Below are positions 28,301 through 42,997 of a stretch of DNA of 64,000 bases, in pieces. Each line of letters opens with the position of its first letter. Positions within the stretch are counted from its first letter, which is position 1. The stretch is from the human T2T-CHM13v2.0 reference genome, Homo sapiens. The notes beneath the pieces were generated by a model that saw only the letters and a program-made list of their open reading frames with translations, made no database searches and was not told the DNA's origin. The stretch is from the NCBI RefSeq assembly GCF_009914755.1, contig NC_060940.1; one strand, given 5' to 3'. The position numbers and the translations under genes were made by a program.

Positions 28301-31300
28301 CATCGAGTGGACTTGAATTGAACTATCATCGAATGGAATCGAATGGAATCATCAAATAGACTCGAATGGAATAATTGAATGGATTCCAGTGGAATCATGG
28401 AATGGAATCGAATGGAATCAATGAATGGACTCGAATGAAATCATCGAATGGAATCTGATGGAATCAATGAAGGGACTCGAATGGAATCTTCGAATGGACT
28501 CAAGTGGAATCTTCATTGAATGGAATCGAAAGTAATCGTAAAATGGACTCGAATGGAATCATCATTGAATGGAATCAAGTGGAATCACTGAATGGAGTCG
28601 AATGGAATCATCATCGAATGGAATCAAAGGGAATCATTGAATGCATTCCAAAGGAATCATCATCAAATGGAATCGAATGGAATCATTGAATGGAATAGAA
28701 AGGAATCATCACCAAATGAAATTGAGTGGAGTCACCGAATGGACACGATTGGAATCATCACTGAATGGAATCAAATGGCATCATCGAATTCACTCAAATG
28801 GAATCATTGTGGAATAGAATTGAAAGCAATAATCGAATGAATTCTAAAGGAATTATCAAACGGACTCAAATGGAATCATCGAATGGACTCGAATGGAATC
28901 ATCATCGAACGGACTCTAACGGAATGATCGAATGGACTCTAATGGAATCATTGAATCAAAATGAATGGAATCTTCAATTGAACTCAAGTGGAATTATCGA
29001 ATGGGCTCGAATGGAGACATCGAATAGACACGAATGGAATCATTATCGGATGAAATTGAATGGAATCATCAAAAGGAACTGATCGGAATCATCATCACAT
29101 GAAATCAAATTGAATCATCGAATGGAATCGAGTGGAATCATCGAATGTACTCGAATGGAATCATTGAATGGAATCCAATGGAATCATAGAATGGAATCAA
29201 ATGTAATCATCAATGAATGTGATCAAATGGTATCATCGAATGGACTCGAATGGAATCATCATTGAATGGATTCGAATGGAATCATCGCATATACTTGAAT
29301 GGAATCATCATTGAATGGATTCGAATGGAATCATCGAATATACTTGAATAGAATCATCATTGAATGGAAAAGAATGGAATCATCAAATGGACACGAGTGG
29401 AAACATCGTCGAATTGAATCATAAGGAATCATCAAAAGGAATCAAATAGAATCATCATCAAATGGAATCGAATTGAATCATCAAATGGAATCAAATGGAA
29501 TCATCAACGAATTGAATCGAATGGTATCATGGAATGGAATTGAAAGAAATCATCTGCAAGTTAAATCTAAAGGAATCACCGAATGGACTCCAATGGAAAA
29601 ATCATCAAATGGAATCCAGTGGAATCATCGAATGTACCTGAATGGAATCATTGAATGGACTCGAATGGAATCATCATCAAATGGAATCAAATGGAATCAT
29701 TGAATGGAATCGAATGGAATCACCATCGAATGGAATCAAAAGGAATCATTGAATGAACAAGAATGGAATCATCATCAAAAGGAATAGAATGGAATCATCT
29801 TGAAATTGAATCTAATGGAATCACCATGGAATGGAATCGAATGGAAACATCGAATGGACTCGAATGGAATCATCCTCGAATGGAATCGAATGGAATCATC
29901 AAATGGACTCGAATGGAATCATCATCGAGTGACACCGAATGAAATCATCGAATGCAACAGAATGGAATCACTGAATGGATTTGAGTGGAAACATCATCGA
30001 ATGGAATTGAATGGAATAATTGAAGGCACTCGAAAGGAATCATCGAATGGACTCGAAAGGAATGATCTTCAAGTGGAATCGAATGGAATCATTGAACGGA
30101 CTCGAAAGGAATCTTTGAATCAACTCGAATGGAATCAACATCGAATGGAACCTAATGGAATCATCAAGTGGACTCGAATGGAGTCCTCTTCGATTGTAAT
30201 CACAGGGAATCACTGAATGGACTCGAATGGAAACATCAAGTGGCCTCAAATTGAATCATCATTAAATGGAATCGAATGGAATTATCGAATGGACTCGAAT
30301 GGAATCATCAAACGGACTCAATAGCAATCATCATCGAGTGGAATCGAATGAAATCTTTGAATGGACTCAAATGCATTCATCGAATGACCTCGAATGAAAT
30401 CATCATTGAACAGAATCGAATGGAATCATCACATGAACTCGAATGGAATCATCATCGAATGGAATGGAATGAAATCATCGAATGGAATCGAATGGAATCA
30501 TCATCAAATGGAATTGAAAGGAATAATTGAATGGACTCGAATAGAATCATCAAATGGACTCAAATAGAATCATCATCGAGTGGAATCGAATAGAATCATC
30601 AAATGGACTCAAATGGAATCATCATTGAATGGAATCAAATGAAATCATCATCAGATGGAATAGAATGGAATCATCACTGAATGGAATCGAATGGAATCAT
30701 TGAAGGGAATGAGATGGAATCATCATCAAATGGAATCAAATAGAAGCATCGAATGAAATCGAATGGAATCATCATCGAATGGACTCGAATGGAAACATCA
30801 TCAAATGGAGCCGAATGGAAGCATCGTCTAAAGGAATGAAAAGGAATCATCATCAAATGGAATCGAATGGAAACACCATCGAATTGAATCAAATGGAATC
30901 ATCATGGAATAGAATCAAATGGCTCATCATCAAATGGAATCGAAAGGAATCATCAGATGGAATCGAATGAAATCATCATCAAATGGAATCTTCGAATGCA
31001 ATGGCATGGAATCATCATCGAATGAAACCGAATGGATTCATCGAATGCAACAGAATGGAATCACTGAATGGATTCAAATGGAATCATCATCGAATGGAAT
31101 TGAATGGATTCATTGAAGGCACTTGAAAGGAATCATCGAATTGACTCGAAAGGAATCATCATCAAGTGGAATCAAATGGAATCATCGAACAGACTCAAAA
31201 GGAATCTTTGAATGGACTCGAATGGACTCATCATCGAATGGAGCCTAATGGAATCATCAAATGGACTCGAATGGAGTCCTCATTGATTGTAATCACAGGG

Positions 31301-34300
31301 AATCACTGAATGGACTCGAATGCAAACGTCGAATGGCCTCAAATTAAATCATCATTAAATGGAATCGAATGGAATCATCCAATGGACTCGAAAGGAATCA
31401 TCATCGAGTGGAATCGAATGAAATCATCGAATGGCCTCGAACGAAATCATCATCAAATATAATCGAATGGAATCATCACATGGACACAAATGGAATCATC
31501 GTCGAACGGAATGGAATGGAATCATAGAATGGAATCAAATGGAATCGTCATCAAATGGAATTGAAAGGAATAATTGAATGGACTCAAATGGAATCATCGA
31601 ATGGACTCAAATAGAATCATCATTGAGCGGAATCGAATAGAATCATTGAATGGACTCGAATGGAATCATCATCGAATGGAATCCAATGGAATCATCATCA
31701 AATAGAATTGAAAGGAACAATTGAATGGACTCGAATGGAATCATTGAACGGACTCAACTAGAATCACCATCGAGCGGAATCGAATAGAATCATCGAAAGG
31801 ACTCAAATGGAATCATCTTCGAATGGAATCAAATGAAATCATCATCAGATGGAATAGAATGGAATCGTCACTGAATGGAATCGAATGGAATCATTGAAGG
31901 GAATAAGATGGAATCATCGAAGGGAATAAGATGGAATCATCAATGAATAGAATCAAATAGAAGCATCAAATGAAACTGAATGGAATCATCATCGAACGGA
32001 CTCAAATGGAGTCATCATCAAATGGAGTCGAATGGAATCATCGTCTAATGGAATCAAAAGGAATCATCATCGAATGGAATCAAACGGAATCATCATGGAA
32101 TTGAATCGAATGGCTAATCATCAAATGGAATCGAATGGAATCATCGAATGGAATCATCATTGAACGGAATCTTTGAATGGAATTGAATGGAATCATCATT
32201 GAATGGAATCAAATGGAACCATCGAATGAAATTGAATGGAATCATCATCGAAGGGAGTCAAATTGAAACTTCATCAAATGTAATCTAATGTAATCAATGA
32301 AGGGAATTGAAAGGAATCATCATCGAATGGAATCGAATGGAATCATCAAAAAGAATTGAATCAAATCATAAAATGGACTCAAACGGAATCATTATAGAAT
32401 GGAATCGAATAGATTCTTTGGATGAACTTGAATGGAATCATCATCGAATGGAATCGATTGGAATCATCGAATGCACTCAAATGGAACCATCATTGAATGG
32501 AATTCAATGGAATCATTGAATGGACTCAAATGGAATCATCATCAAATGGAATCCACTGGAATCATCCAATGGAATGGAATGGAATTATCGGATGGAATTG
32601 AATGGAATCATCTTTGAATGAAATTGAATGGAATCATCGAATGGAATTGAATGCAATCATCATCGAATGGAATCGAATAGAATCATCAAATGGAAACCAA
32701 TGGAATCACCATTGAATGGACTCGCATGGAATCATCATCGAATGGAATCGAATGGAATCATCAAATGGATTCGAAAGGAATCATCATAAAATGGAATCCA
32801 TTGGAATCATCGAATGGAATTGAATGGAATTATCGGATGGAATCGAATGGAATTATCTTCAAATGGAATCACCGAATGGAAATGAATACAATCATCATCG
32901 AATGGCATCCAATAGAATCATCAAATGGAATCGAATGGAATCACCATTGAATGGAATCGAATGGAATCATAATTGAATAAAATCAGAAGGAAACATCGAA
33001 TGGAATGGGGTGGAATCATAATTGAATAAAGTCGGAAGGAATCATCAAATGGACTGGAATGGAATCATCATCGAATGGAATCGTATGGAATCATCGTGAA
33101 ATATAATCAAATGGAATCATCAAATGGAATTGAATGGAAAAATCATCAAATGGAATAGAATAGAAGCATCGAATGTAATCGAATGGAATCAACATCAAAT
33201 GGAATCAAATGGAATCATTGAATGTTATCAAAAGGAATTATCATCGAATGGGATCAAATGGAATCATCATTGAATGGAATTGAATAGAACCATTGAATGG
33301 AATCAACATCGAATGGAATCAAATGGAATCAAAGAATGTTATCAAATGGAATCATCATCGAATGGAATCTAATGGAGTCATCATTGAATGGAATCGAAAG
33401 CAATCATTGAATGGACTCCAATACAATCATCAAATGGAGTTGAATGGAATCATCAACGAATGGAGTAGATCGGAATCATCGAATGGACACAAATGGAATC
33501 ATCATTGAATGGAATAGAATGGAATCACCATCGAATGGAATTGAAAGGAATCATCTAATGGACGTGAATGGAATCATTATCGGATTGAATAGAATGCAAT
33601 CATCATTGAATGGAATTGAATGGAATCTTCTAAGGGACACGAAAAGAATAATCATCGAATGGAATCGAATGGAATCATGTAATGTACTCGAATGGAATCA
33701 TCATCCAATGGAATAGAATGGAATCATCGAATTGATTCGAATGGAATCATCATCATATGGAATCAAGTGGAATCATCGAATGGACTTGAAAGTAATCATC
33801 GCAGAATGGAATCAAATAGAATCATGGAATGAACTCGAATGGAATCCTCATGGAGTGGAATCGAATGGAATCACCTAAATGGACCCGAATGGAATCATCA
33901 TCAAATGGAATCGAATGGATTCATTGAATGCACTCGAATGGAATCATCATTGAATATAACCGAAAGCAATCATCAAATGGATTTGAATAGAATCATCGAA
34001 TAGCCCGAATGGAATCCTCATTGAATGGAATCAAATGGAATCATCGAATGGACTCGAATGGAATTGTCATCGAATGGAATCAAATGTAATCGATGAATGG
34101 ACTGGAAAGGAATCATCATCGAATAGAATCAAATGGAATCACTGAATGGACTCGAATGGAATCATCATTGAATGGAATCAAAGAGAATCATTGAATGCAC
34201 GTGAATGGAATCATCATCGAATGGAATCGAATGTAATCATCGAATGGACTCTGAAGGAATCATCATCGAATGAAATTGAGTGGAATCACTGAATGGACAT

Positions 34301-37300
34301 GAATGGAATCATCATCGAATGGAATAGAATGGAATCATCGAATGGACTCTAATGGAATCATCATCGAATGGAATTGAAAGCAATCATCGATTGGATTCAA
34401 ATGGAATTTTCGAATGGACATGAATGGAATCATCGAATGGACTCGAATGGAATCATCATTGAACGGACTCTAATGGAATGATCGAATGGACTCTAATGGA
34501 ATCCTTGAATGGAAACAAATGGAATCATCGATTGGACTCCAATGGAATTATCGAATGGGCTCGAATGGATCACCGAATGGACTCGAATGGAATTATTATC
34601 GAGTGGAATTGAATGGAACAATCTAATGGAATTGATCCGTATCATCATCGAATGGAATCAAATTGAATCATCAAACGGAATTGAATGCAAATATGATCGA
34701 ATGGAATCAAATGGAATCATTGTCGAATGGAATGGAATGGAATCATTTAATGGAATTGAATGGAATAGCCAGTGAATGGAATCAAATGGAATCATCATCG
34801 AATGGAATCGAATGGAATCATCCAATGGACTCGTTTGGAATCATCACCGATTGTAATCATGTGGAATCATCGAATAACCTGGAAATGAGTCATAATGTAA
34901 TGGAATCGAAAGGAATCATCTTTCCAATGGAATCACAAGGAATCATCATCGAATGGAATCATACGGAATCGTTATAGAATGGAATTGAATGGAGTCAGCA
35001 GTTGGACTTGAATGGAATCATCAAATGAACTCATAGGGAAGTGTCAAATGGACTCGAACAGAATCATCATTGAATGGAATCGAATGGAATCAACAAAAGA
35101 ACTCGAATTGAATCATCATATGGAATCGAATGGAATCATTATAGAATGGAATTGAATATAGTCATTGGATGGATTTGAATGGAATCATCATTGAATGGAA
35201 TCGATTGGAATCATTGAATGGAATTGAATGGCATCATTGAATGGACTCGAATGGAATGATCATCAAATCAATTCCATTGGAATCAGATGGAATCAAATGG
35301 AATTATCGAATGGAATCATCTTTGAATGGAATCGAACGGAATCATCTAATGGAATTGAATGCAATCATCATTGAATGGAATCGAATGGAATTGAATTTAA
35401 TCACCACTGAATGCACTCAAATGGAATCATCATCAAATAGAATGAGAAGGAATTATGGAATGGACTCGAATGGAATCATCATCGAATAGAATCAAATGGA
35501 ATCATAGAAAGGAATCAAATGGAATCATCATCAAAGGTAATTAAATGGAATCTTCGAAAGGAATAGAATGGAATCATCATGGAATGGAATCGAATAGAAT
35601 CAGCGAATGAAATCGAATGGAATCAACATCAAATTGAATCGAATGGAATCACAGAATAGCAACGAATGGAATCATCATCAAATGGAATCAAATGGAATCA
35701 TTATCAAATGTCATTGAAGGCAATCATTGAATGGACTCAGAAACATCAAATGGACAACCATAGAATCATCATTGAATGGAGTATAATGGAATCATCAAAT
35801 GGACGCGAATGGAATCATCATCGAATGGAATCAAAAGGAATCTTCTAATGGACACGAATGGAATCATCATCGAATAGAATAGAATGGAATCATCATTGAA
35901 TGGAATCAAATGGAATAATCTAATGGACCCAAATGGAAACATCATTGAATGGAATAGAAGGGAATCATCATTGAATGGAATCCAACGGAATCATCAAATG
36001 GATCTGAATGAAATCATCATTGAATTGAATAGAATGTAGTCATCATCGAATGGAATCAAATGGAATCATCATCATATGGAATTGAGTGGAATCATAGACT
36101 GAACTTGAACGTAATCAATGGAGAATGGAATGGAATGGAATCATCGAATGAACACGAATGGAATCGTCATCGAATGGAATCATCTAATGAACCCGAATGG
36201 AATCATCATCAAATGGAATCAAATGGTATCATCAAATGTACTCGAATGGAATCATCATTGAATATAATTGAAAACAATCATCAAATGGATTTGCATGGAA
36301 TCATCGAATGGACACAAATGGAATCATCATCGAATGGAAACAAATGGAATCATTGAATGGAATCATCATCAAATGGAATCAAATGGTATAATTGAATGCA
36401 CACGAATGGAATCATCAAGGTATGGTATCGAATGGTATCGTCAAATGGAATCGAATGGAATCATTATCGAATGAAATCAAATGGTATCATCAAATTACTC
36501 AAATGGAATCATGATCGAATAGAAGTGAATGGAATCATTGAATGGACTCGAATGGAATCATGATCAAATGGAATCGAATGGAATGATCGAATAGAATCTA
36601 ATGTATTCATCATTGATTGAAATCGCATTGAATTATCGAATGGGCTCAGATGGAATCATCGTCGAACGGAATCAAATGGAATCATCATTGAATGGACACG
36701 AATGGAATCATTATCGTACGGTATCGAATGGAATCATCAACAAGTGGAATCAAATAGAATCAATATAGAATGCAATCGAATGGAATCATCAAATGGAATA
36801 GAATAGAATCATCTTTGAATGGAAAAAAATAGAATCATCGAATGAAATCAAATGGAATAATCATCAAATAGAAACGAATGGAATCATGACCAAATGGAAT
36901 CGAATAGAATCATCATCAAATGGAATGGAATGGAATCATCGAATGGACTCGAAAAGAATCATCATCGAATGGAATTGAATGGAATCTTCGAATGGACTCG
37001 AATGGAATCATGATCGAATGGAGTCGAAAGGAATCATTGAATGGAACCTAATGGAATCATCAACGAATGGAACCGAATGGAATCATCACCAATTGGAAAT
37101 GAACGGAGAAGTCATCAAATGGAATCGAATGGACTCATGAACGAATGGAATCAAATGGAATCATCATCGAATGGAATCAAATGGAATCATCATCGAATGT
37201 AATAGAATGGTATCACCGAATTAAATCCAATGGAATGATCATGGAATGGAATCGAAGGGAATCATAGAATGGCATGAAATGGGATCATTGAAGGGAATTG

Positions 37301-39977
37301 AATGGAATCATGGAATGGATTTGGATGGAATAATCATTGAATGGAATTGAATGGAATCATTGAAAGGACCCGAGTGAAATCATCATTAAATGGAATCCAA
37401 TGGAATCATTGAATGAACACGAATTGAATCATGATTTAATGGAATCGAATGGAATCATCAAGTGGCATCAAATGGAATCATCATTGAATGGAATCCAATG
37501 GAATCAACGAATGGACAATAATGGAATAATCGGATGGGCTTGAGTGGAATCATCATAAAATGGAATCGAATGTAATCATCGAATGGACTTGAATGGAATC
37601 GTCATTAAATCGAAATGAAAGAAATCATCATCCAGTGGAATCGAATGGAATCATCACTGAATGGAATCGAATGGAATCATAATCGAATAGAATCGAATGG
37701 AATCACCAAATTGAATCGAAAGGAATGATCATCAAAGGGAATCAAAGGGAATCATCGATTGGGACTGAAGGGAGTCATCGAATGGAATCGAGTGGAATCA
37801 TTGAATGGATTCGAATGAAATCATCATCGAATGGAATCGAATGGAATCATTGAATGGACTCCAATGGAATCATCATCAAATGGGATCGAATGGAATCATC
37901 AAATGGACATGAATGGAGTCATCATTGAATGGAATTGAATGGATTCATCAAATGTCATAGAATGGAATCATCATCACATGGAATCAAATGGAATAATTGA
38001 ATGTACTCAAATGGAGTCTTTGAATGGACAAGAGTGGAATCATCATCGAATGGAATCGAATAGAATTACCAAATGGACTCTAATGGAATCCTCATCAAAT
38101 GGAATCGAGTGGAATCATTGAATGGAGTTGAATGGAATCAACATGGAATGGAATCGAATGGAGTCATCGAATGGAGTCGAATGGAATCATCATCGAATGG
38201 AATCAAATGGAATCATCGATTGGACACGAATGGAATAATCATCCAATGGAATCGAATGGAATCATCATAGAATGGAATATAATGGATTCATTGAATGGAA
38301 TCAGATAGAATCATTGAATGGTCTTGAATGGAATCATCGAATGGACTCGAATGGAATAATTTTTGAATGGAATTGAATGGAATCATCGAATGGTCTTGAT
38401 TGGAATCATCATCGAATGGAATCGAATTTAATCATCGAATGGAATCGAATGGAATCATCATCGAATGGAACCGAATAGAATCGGCATTCAATAGAATAGA
38501 ATGGAATCATCATCAATGGAATTGAATGGAATTTTCTTCAAATGGAATAGAATGGAAACATCATCGAATAGAATCAAATTGACTCATTGAATGAAACTGA
38601 ATGGAATCATCATCAAAATGAATCAAAATAAAACAAAGAATGGAATCCAACAGAATCATCGAATGGAATCAAATGGAATCATCATTGAATGGACTCGAAT
38701 GGAGTCATCATCGAATGGAATCAAATGGAATGCTTTAATTGACTCAAATGGATTCATTGAATGGACTCGAATGGAATCATCGAATGGAATCTAATGTAAT
38801 CATCATTGAATGAAATCAAATGGAATCATCAAATGGAATCAAATGGAATCATCATTGAATGGAATCAAATGAAATCATGGAATGCACTCGAATGGAATCA
38901 GCGAATGGACTCAAATGGAATCAACATTGACTGGAATCGAAAGAAAACATCAAATGGAGTTGAATGGAATAATCGAATGGAATCATCGTCGATTGGAATA
39001 GAATGGAATCATCGAATGGACACGAAAGGAATCATCATCGAATGTGATCAAATGGAATCATCGAGTGGAATCCAATGGAATCATCTTCGAATGGAATTGA
39101 ATGGAATCATCATCGAATGGAATCAAATGGAATCATCGTCATATGGAATCGAATGGAATCATCATTGAATGGAATCGAATGGAGTCATCAAATGGAGTCC
39201 GTTAGAATCATCATCGAAAGGAACCGAATGTAGTCATCATTTAATGGAATCAAATGGAATCATCGAATGGACTTGATGGAATCATCATCACATGGAATCG
39301 AATGGAATCATCGAATGGACTTAAATGGAATCAGCATTGAATGGAATTGAATGGAATCATCGATTGGAAACGAATGGAATCACCATTGAATGGAATCTTC
39401 GAATGGAATCGAATGAAATTATTGAATGGAATCAAACAGAATCATCATTGAATAGAATCGAATTGGATCATCATTGAATGGAATCTAACGAAATCATCAT
39501 CGTATGGAATCTAGTGGTGTCATCATCTAATGGAAATGAATGGAATCAGCAAGGAATGGAATCGAGTGGAGAAATCGAATGGAATCCGTTGGAATCATCA
39601 TCGAATGGAACCGAATGCTGTCATCATAGAATTGAATCGAATGGAATAAACGAAGGGACTGGAATTGTATCATCATTGAATGGAATCGGATGGAATCATT
39701 GAATGGACTCGAGTGGAATCATTGAGTGGACTCAAATGGAAACATCATCGTATGGAATCGAATGGAATTCTCGAATGGACTTTAATGGAATCATCATCGA
39801 ATGTAATCGAATGGAATCGAATTGAAACATCGAATGGACTCTAATGGAATCATCATCAAATAGAATCATCAAATGAACTCGAATGGAATCATTGAATCGA
39901 CACGAATGGAATCATCATATAATGGAATTGAGGGGAATCCTCGAATGGAATCAAATGGAATCATCAAATGGAATCAA
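25394..39977 (+). repeat. HSat2/HSATII satellite array (~14.6 kb, unit 2)
   Basis: Continuous diverged 23/26-bp GAATG-strand monomers; last ~1.9 kb is paralogous to 1-1860. Confidence 0.95.
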
Positions 39978-40153
39978 ACAGATTTATAAGAAACTTACTT
40001 GAACCAAAAAATAGAAAAACAAACAAACCAAAACCCACTAAAACTGTGATGAGCAAAGTAGACATCAGAACAGGAAATATCACTGGGGATGAAGAATAAC
40101 ATTTCTAAATCACAAAGGGGAAAATACACCAAGTCATGTAAATAAGAAATATG

Positions 40154-40561
40154 ATAGACTGGATTAAGAAAATGTGGCACATATACACCATGGAATACTA
40201 TGCAGCCAAAAAAAATGATGAGTTCATATCCTTTGTAGGGACATGGATGAAATTGGAAATCGTCATTCTCAGTAAACTATCACAAGAACAAAAAACCAAG
40301 CACCACATATTCTCACTCATAGATGGGAACTGAACAATGAGATCACATGGACACAGGAAGGGGAATATCACACTCTGGGGACCGTTGTGGGATGGTGGGA
40401 GGGGGGAAGGGATAGCATCGGGAGATATACCTAATGCTAGATGACGAGTTAGTGGGTGCAGCGCACCAGCATGGCACATGTATACATATGTAACTAACTT
40501 GCACAATGTGCACATGTACTGTAAAACTTAAAGTATAATAAAAAAAAGAAAAAAGAAAAAA
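40154..40561 (+). mobile_element. 5'-truncated L1PA2-like insertion (ORF2 C-terminus, 3' UTR, poly-A), copy 2 only
   Basis: ORF 40151-40333 is the L1 ORF2p C-terminus (MIDWIKKMWHIYTMEYYAA...); GATGACGAGTTAGTGGGTGCAGCGCACCAGC (GAG rather than Ta ACA); TSD AAGAAATATG at 40144-40153 and 40562-40571. Confidence 0.95.
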
Positions 40562-41280
40562 AAGAAATATGTATGCACACAATAGCATTACTTCAAAATA
40601 CATAATATAAAACCTATTAAAACTGAAAGGTAAAATAGTAAAGCCACAGTCATCCATAGGGCTTTCAACAGTCTCCTGCCAGAAATTTTTAAATTTTGTT
40701 AAACGAAAAGTTGGTAAGGGTAGAAAGCATCTTATAAATATAATTAGCCAACTTGATCTAATTGAATATTTTAGAATAATCTAAGGATGAGGAATGAGGT
40801 AGCAGAGAAAGAAAAGGTAGACATGAACGTGACATTAGTGTTTCAAGGCTATGAGAATACACCAATAATGGTGTGTGTGTGTGTGCAGATGGTAAGTTCA
40901 ATCTTAAAAATATTGAGTTTTAACTGACAATTCATTATTAGGAAAGATAAGAGGAAATGATGTCTAGTGAGAGGCTATATGACTGAACTCTAAGAGAAAG
41001 GTCACAGCAGAAATTGTGTACCTGACAGCTCTATAAGAAGATCAGTCAAAAATAAGTCAGTGATGAATTCTCTAGAGTAAAAGCAGAGGAATGAGGATTA
41101 TATTTAAAACCCATGGAAGCAGAGTGACTTATCATAAAAACATGAGCTTGAAAATCCTGCAGAGAGAGCTTTAAATCCTGGTTATGATATTCTGCTTGTG
41201 TAGGCAATAGTGATAAAAACACAACAACAGAGAGGTAAAGAGCACTTTCCTTTGATATAAGTAAAGGGCACGTCTTATTA

Positions 41281-41380
41281 CACACACACACACACATATA
41301 TATATATACATACATATATATGTATATATATGTGTATATATGTATATATATATGTATATATATATATATACATATATATA
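41281..41380. repeat. Compound (CA)n/(TA)n microsatellite
   Basis: Paralog of 2762-2825, now (CA)8 plus interrupted TA. Confidence 0.9.
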
Positions 41381-42007
41381 CGTATTCAACTGAGATTCAA
41401 CATGTTTCTCTCATTGAAAAGGCAAGCTCTCCAGGCCTTCATGTTCCCAGTGAGGTAGGTAACCTTCTGATGATTATACTCACCCTCCCTCATTGCAAAG
41501 CTCCCATTGTTATTGTCTTGGCTCTGGATTCCCTCAAAAATAGACTATGAAACAAATATCTGGGGTCAGATACTTTAATCAGAAATTGAGTGAGAAAGCA
41601 CAGAAGTGGAGAAAATGAAACAGAACACGAAGCCAGTGTGAATGAATAGTTACTGCTATGTGCTCAGTAATGATGGAGGTATGGATATTGTCTCAAAAAA
41701 ACTTTACAAAGAGATGAGGATGCTGGAATCCCCATCTCTTATTGCTTAAGGATTCCTTAGAATCATTAACTCTCCACCCCAACTCCTTCTTTGTTCCTAT
41801 GTGTGGTTGAGAAGCACTGGTTACCCTCAAGAAGCTTGCAGGCAGGCCCAAAAATCAGAAAGACAGGCATGATGTGGGGAGCTCTAAGTTAGCTGGAAAC
41901 AGGTGAATTCCAGGTGAACACATTGAGACCAGGACATAGAAGACAAGTCATCAGCAATATCTGCTATAGCCAGTTTTCTTTTTCTTTTTAAGAACATATA
42001 TACTTTC

Positions 42008-42628
42008 TATTGGGGGTCCCCAAGTCCCTCTTTAGTTTAATGATTCACATAACTCAAGAAAGCTGATTTTTTCTGTGGTTATAGTTTCTAACAGTGAAAG
42101 AAACCAGATTAAAATAATCAGAAGCATAAAAGCACATAAAGTTGAGTCCAGGACAAACCAGATGTGAGCTTACAGGTGTCCTTTCATAGTGGGGACTTCA
42201 CACTGACTAATTTTCTTTACAATGGTGTGAGACAACATGTGTGAACTTGTTGCCAACTAGGGAAGCTCAATCAGTCTTGAGTCCAGGGTTTTTATTAGGA
42301 TTCCACCACATATGCATCGAGCGTCCTGTGACTGAACTTAGCTACTTAGTTCCCAACCTCCTTATGCCCTAAGAGAGGTCATATTAATATGGCATTACAC
42401 AAAATCATAGGCATAGAGAAACAGGTGCTCACAAGAAATCATGTTGTTAACATCAGCTATTTGATATGACCTACGTTTTCAGGTATACAAAGACTCTCAT
42501 CAGGCAGCATATACCAAGAGCTCATAGGTTATTATCACCCAGGAGCTTGTCAAGGGCCAGTCCTGAAGACCTTTGGAATGCACCAGGTTTTGGAAAGCCA
42601 TGACTGCAGAATTAACCCTTCATTACAC
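42008..42628 (-). mobile_element. MER77-group LTR (copy 2)
   Basis: Paralog of 3448-4068. Confidence 0.65.
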
Positions 42629-42997
42629 AACCTCCAAGAATTTTTTTATCTTTAAAAATTTTTTTGATCTTTGACAATGTACCAACCAATACTGAGGAAT
42701 TAGTAACAACAGTGCACTCCTGAGTACTTGCACCTGCAAGGAGATAAAGGTCAGATGAACTTACATTGGACAGATGCAAATAGAGAACACTATGACAAGT
42801 AAAGCTGGAATAATCAATAAATTCCTAAAGACAAAGTGGGGCTGGTGAGATTGGGAGACCGCTGACAGTTGCAGAAGCTGGGAAAGATCCATCATCTTGA
42901 AAACGTTTTCCCCACAAACCCACTGCGATCTCTCAAGCAATTGGTAAGGAATCCAAGAGAGTCTGTATAAGACACAGATCAAGGAGAGCAGAACACT

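Noticed and set aside
25567-39702. Many ORFs of the MESNGIIEW/NGIEWNH type (also 8-1872)
   Set aside because: Translations of HSat2 monomers in stop-poor frames; a known source of spurious hypothetical proteins
25394-39977. CRISPR-like or HSat3 call
   Set aside because: No unique spacers or cas genes; monomers are HSat2 23/26-mers rather than (GGAAT)n with CAACCCGAGT
40151-40333. ORF with real protein similarity
   Set aside because: Only the last ~60 aa of L1 ORF2p in a truncated retrotransposon copy
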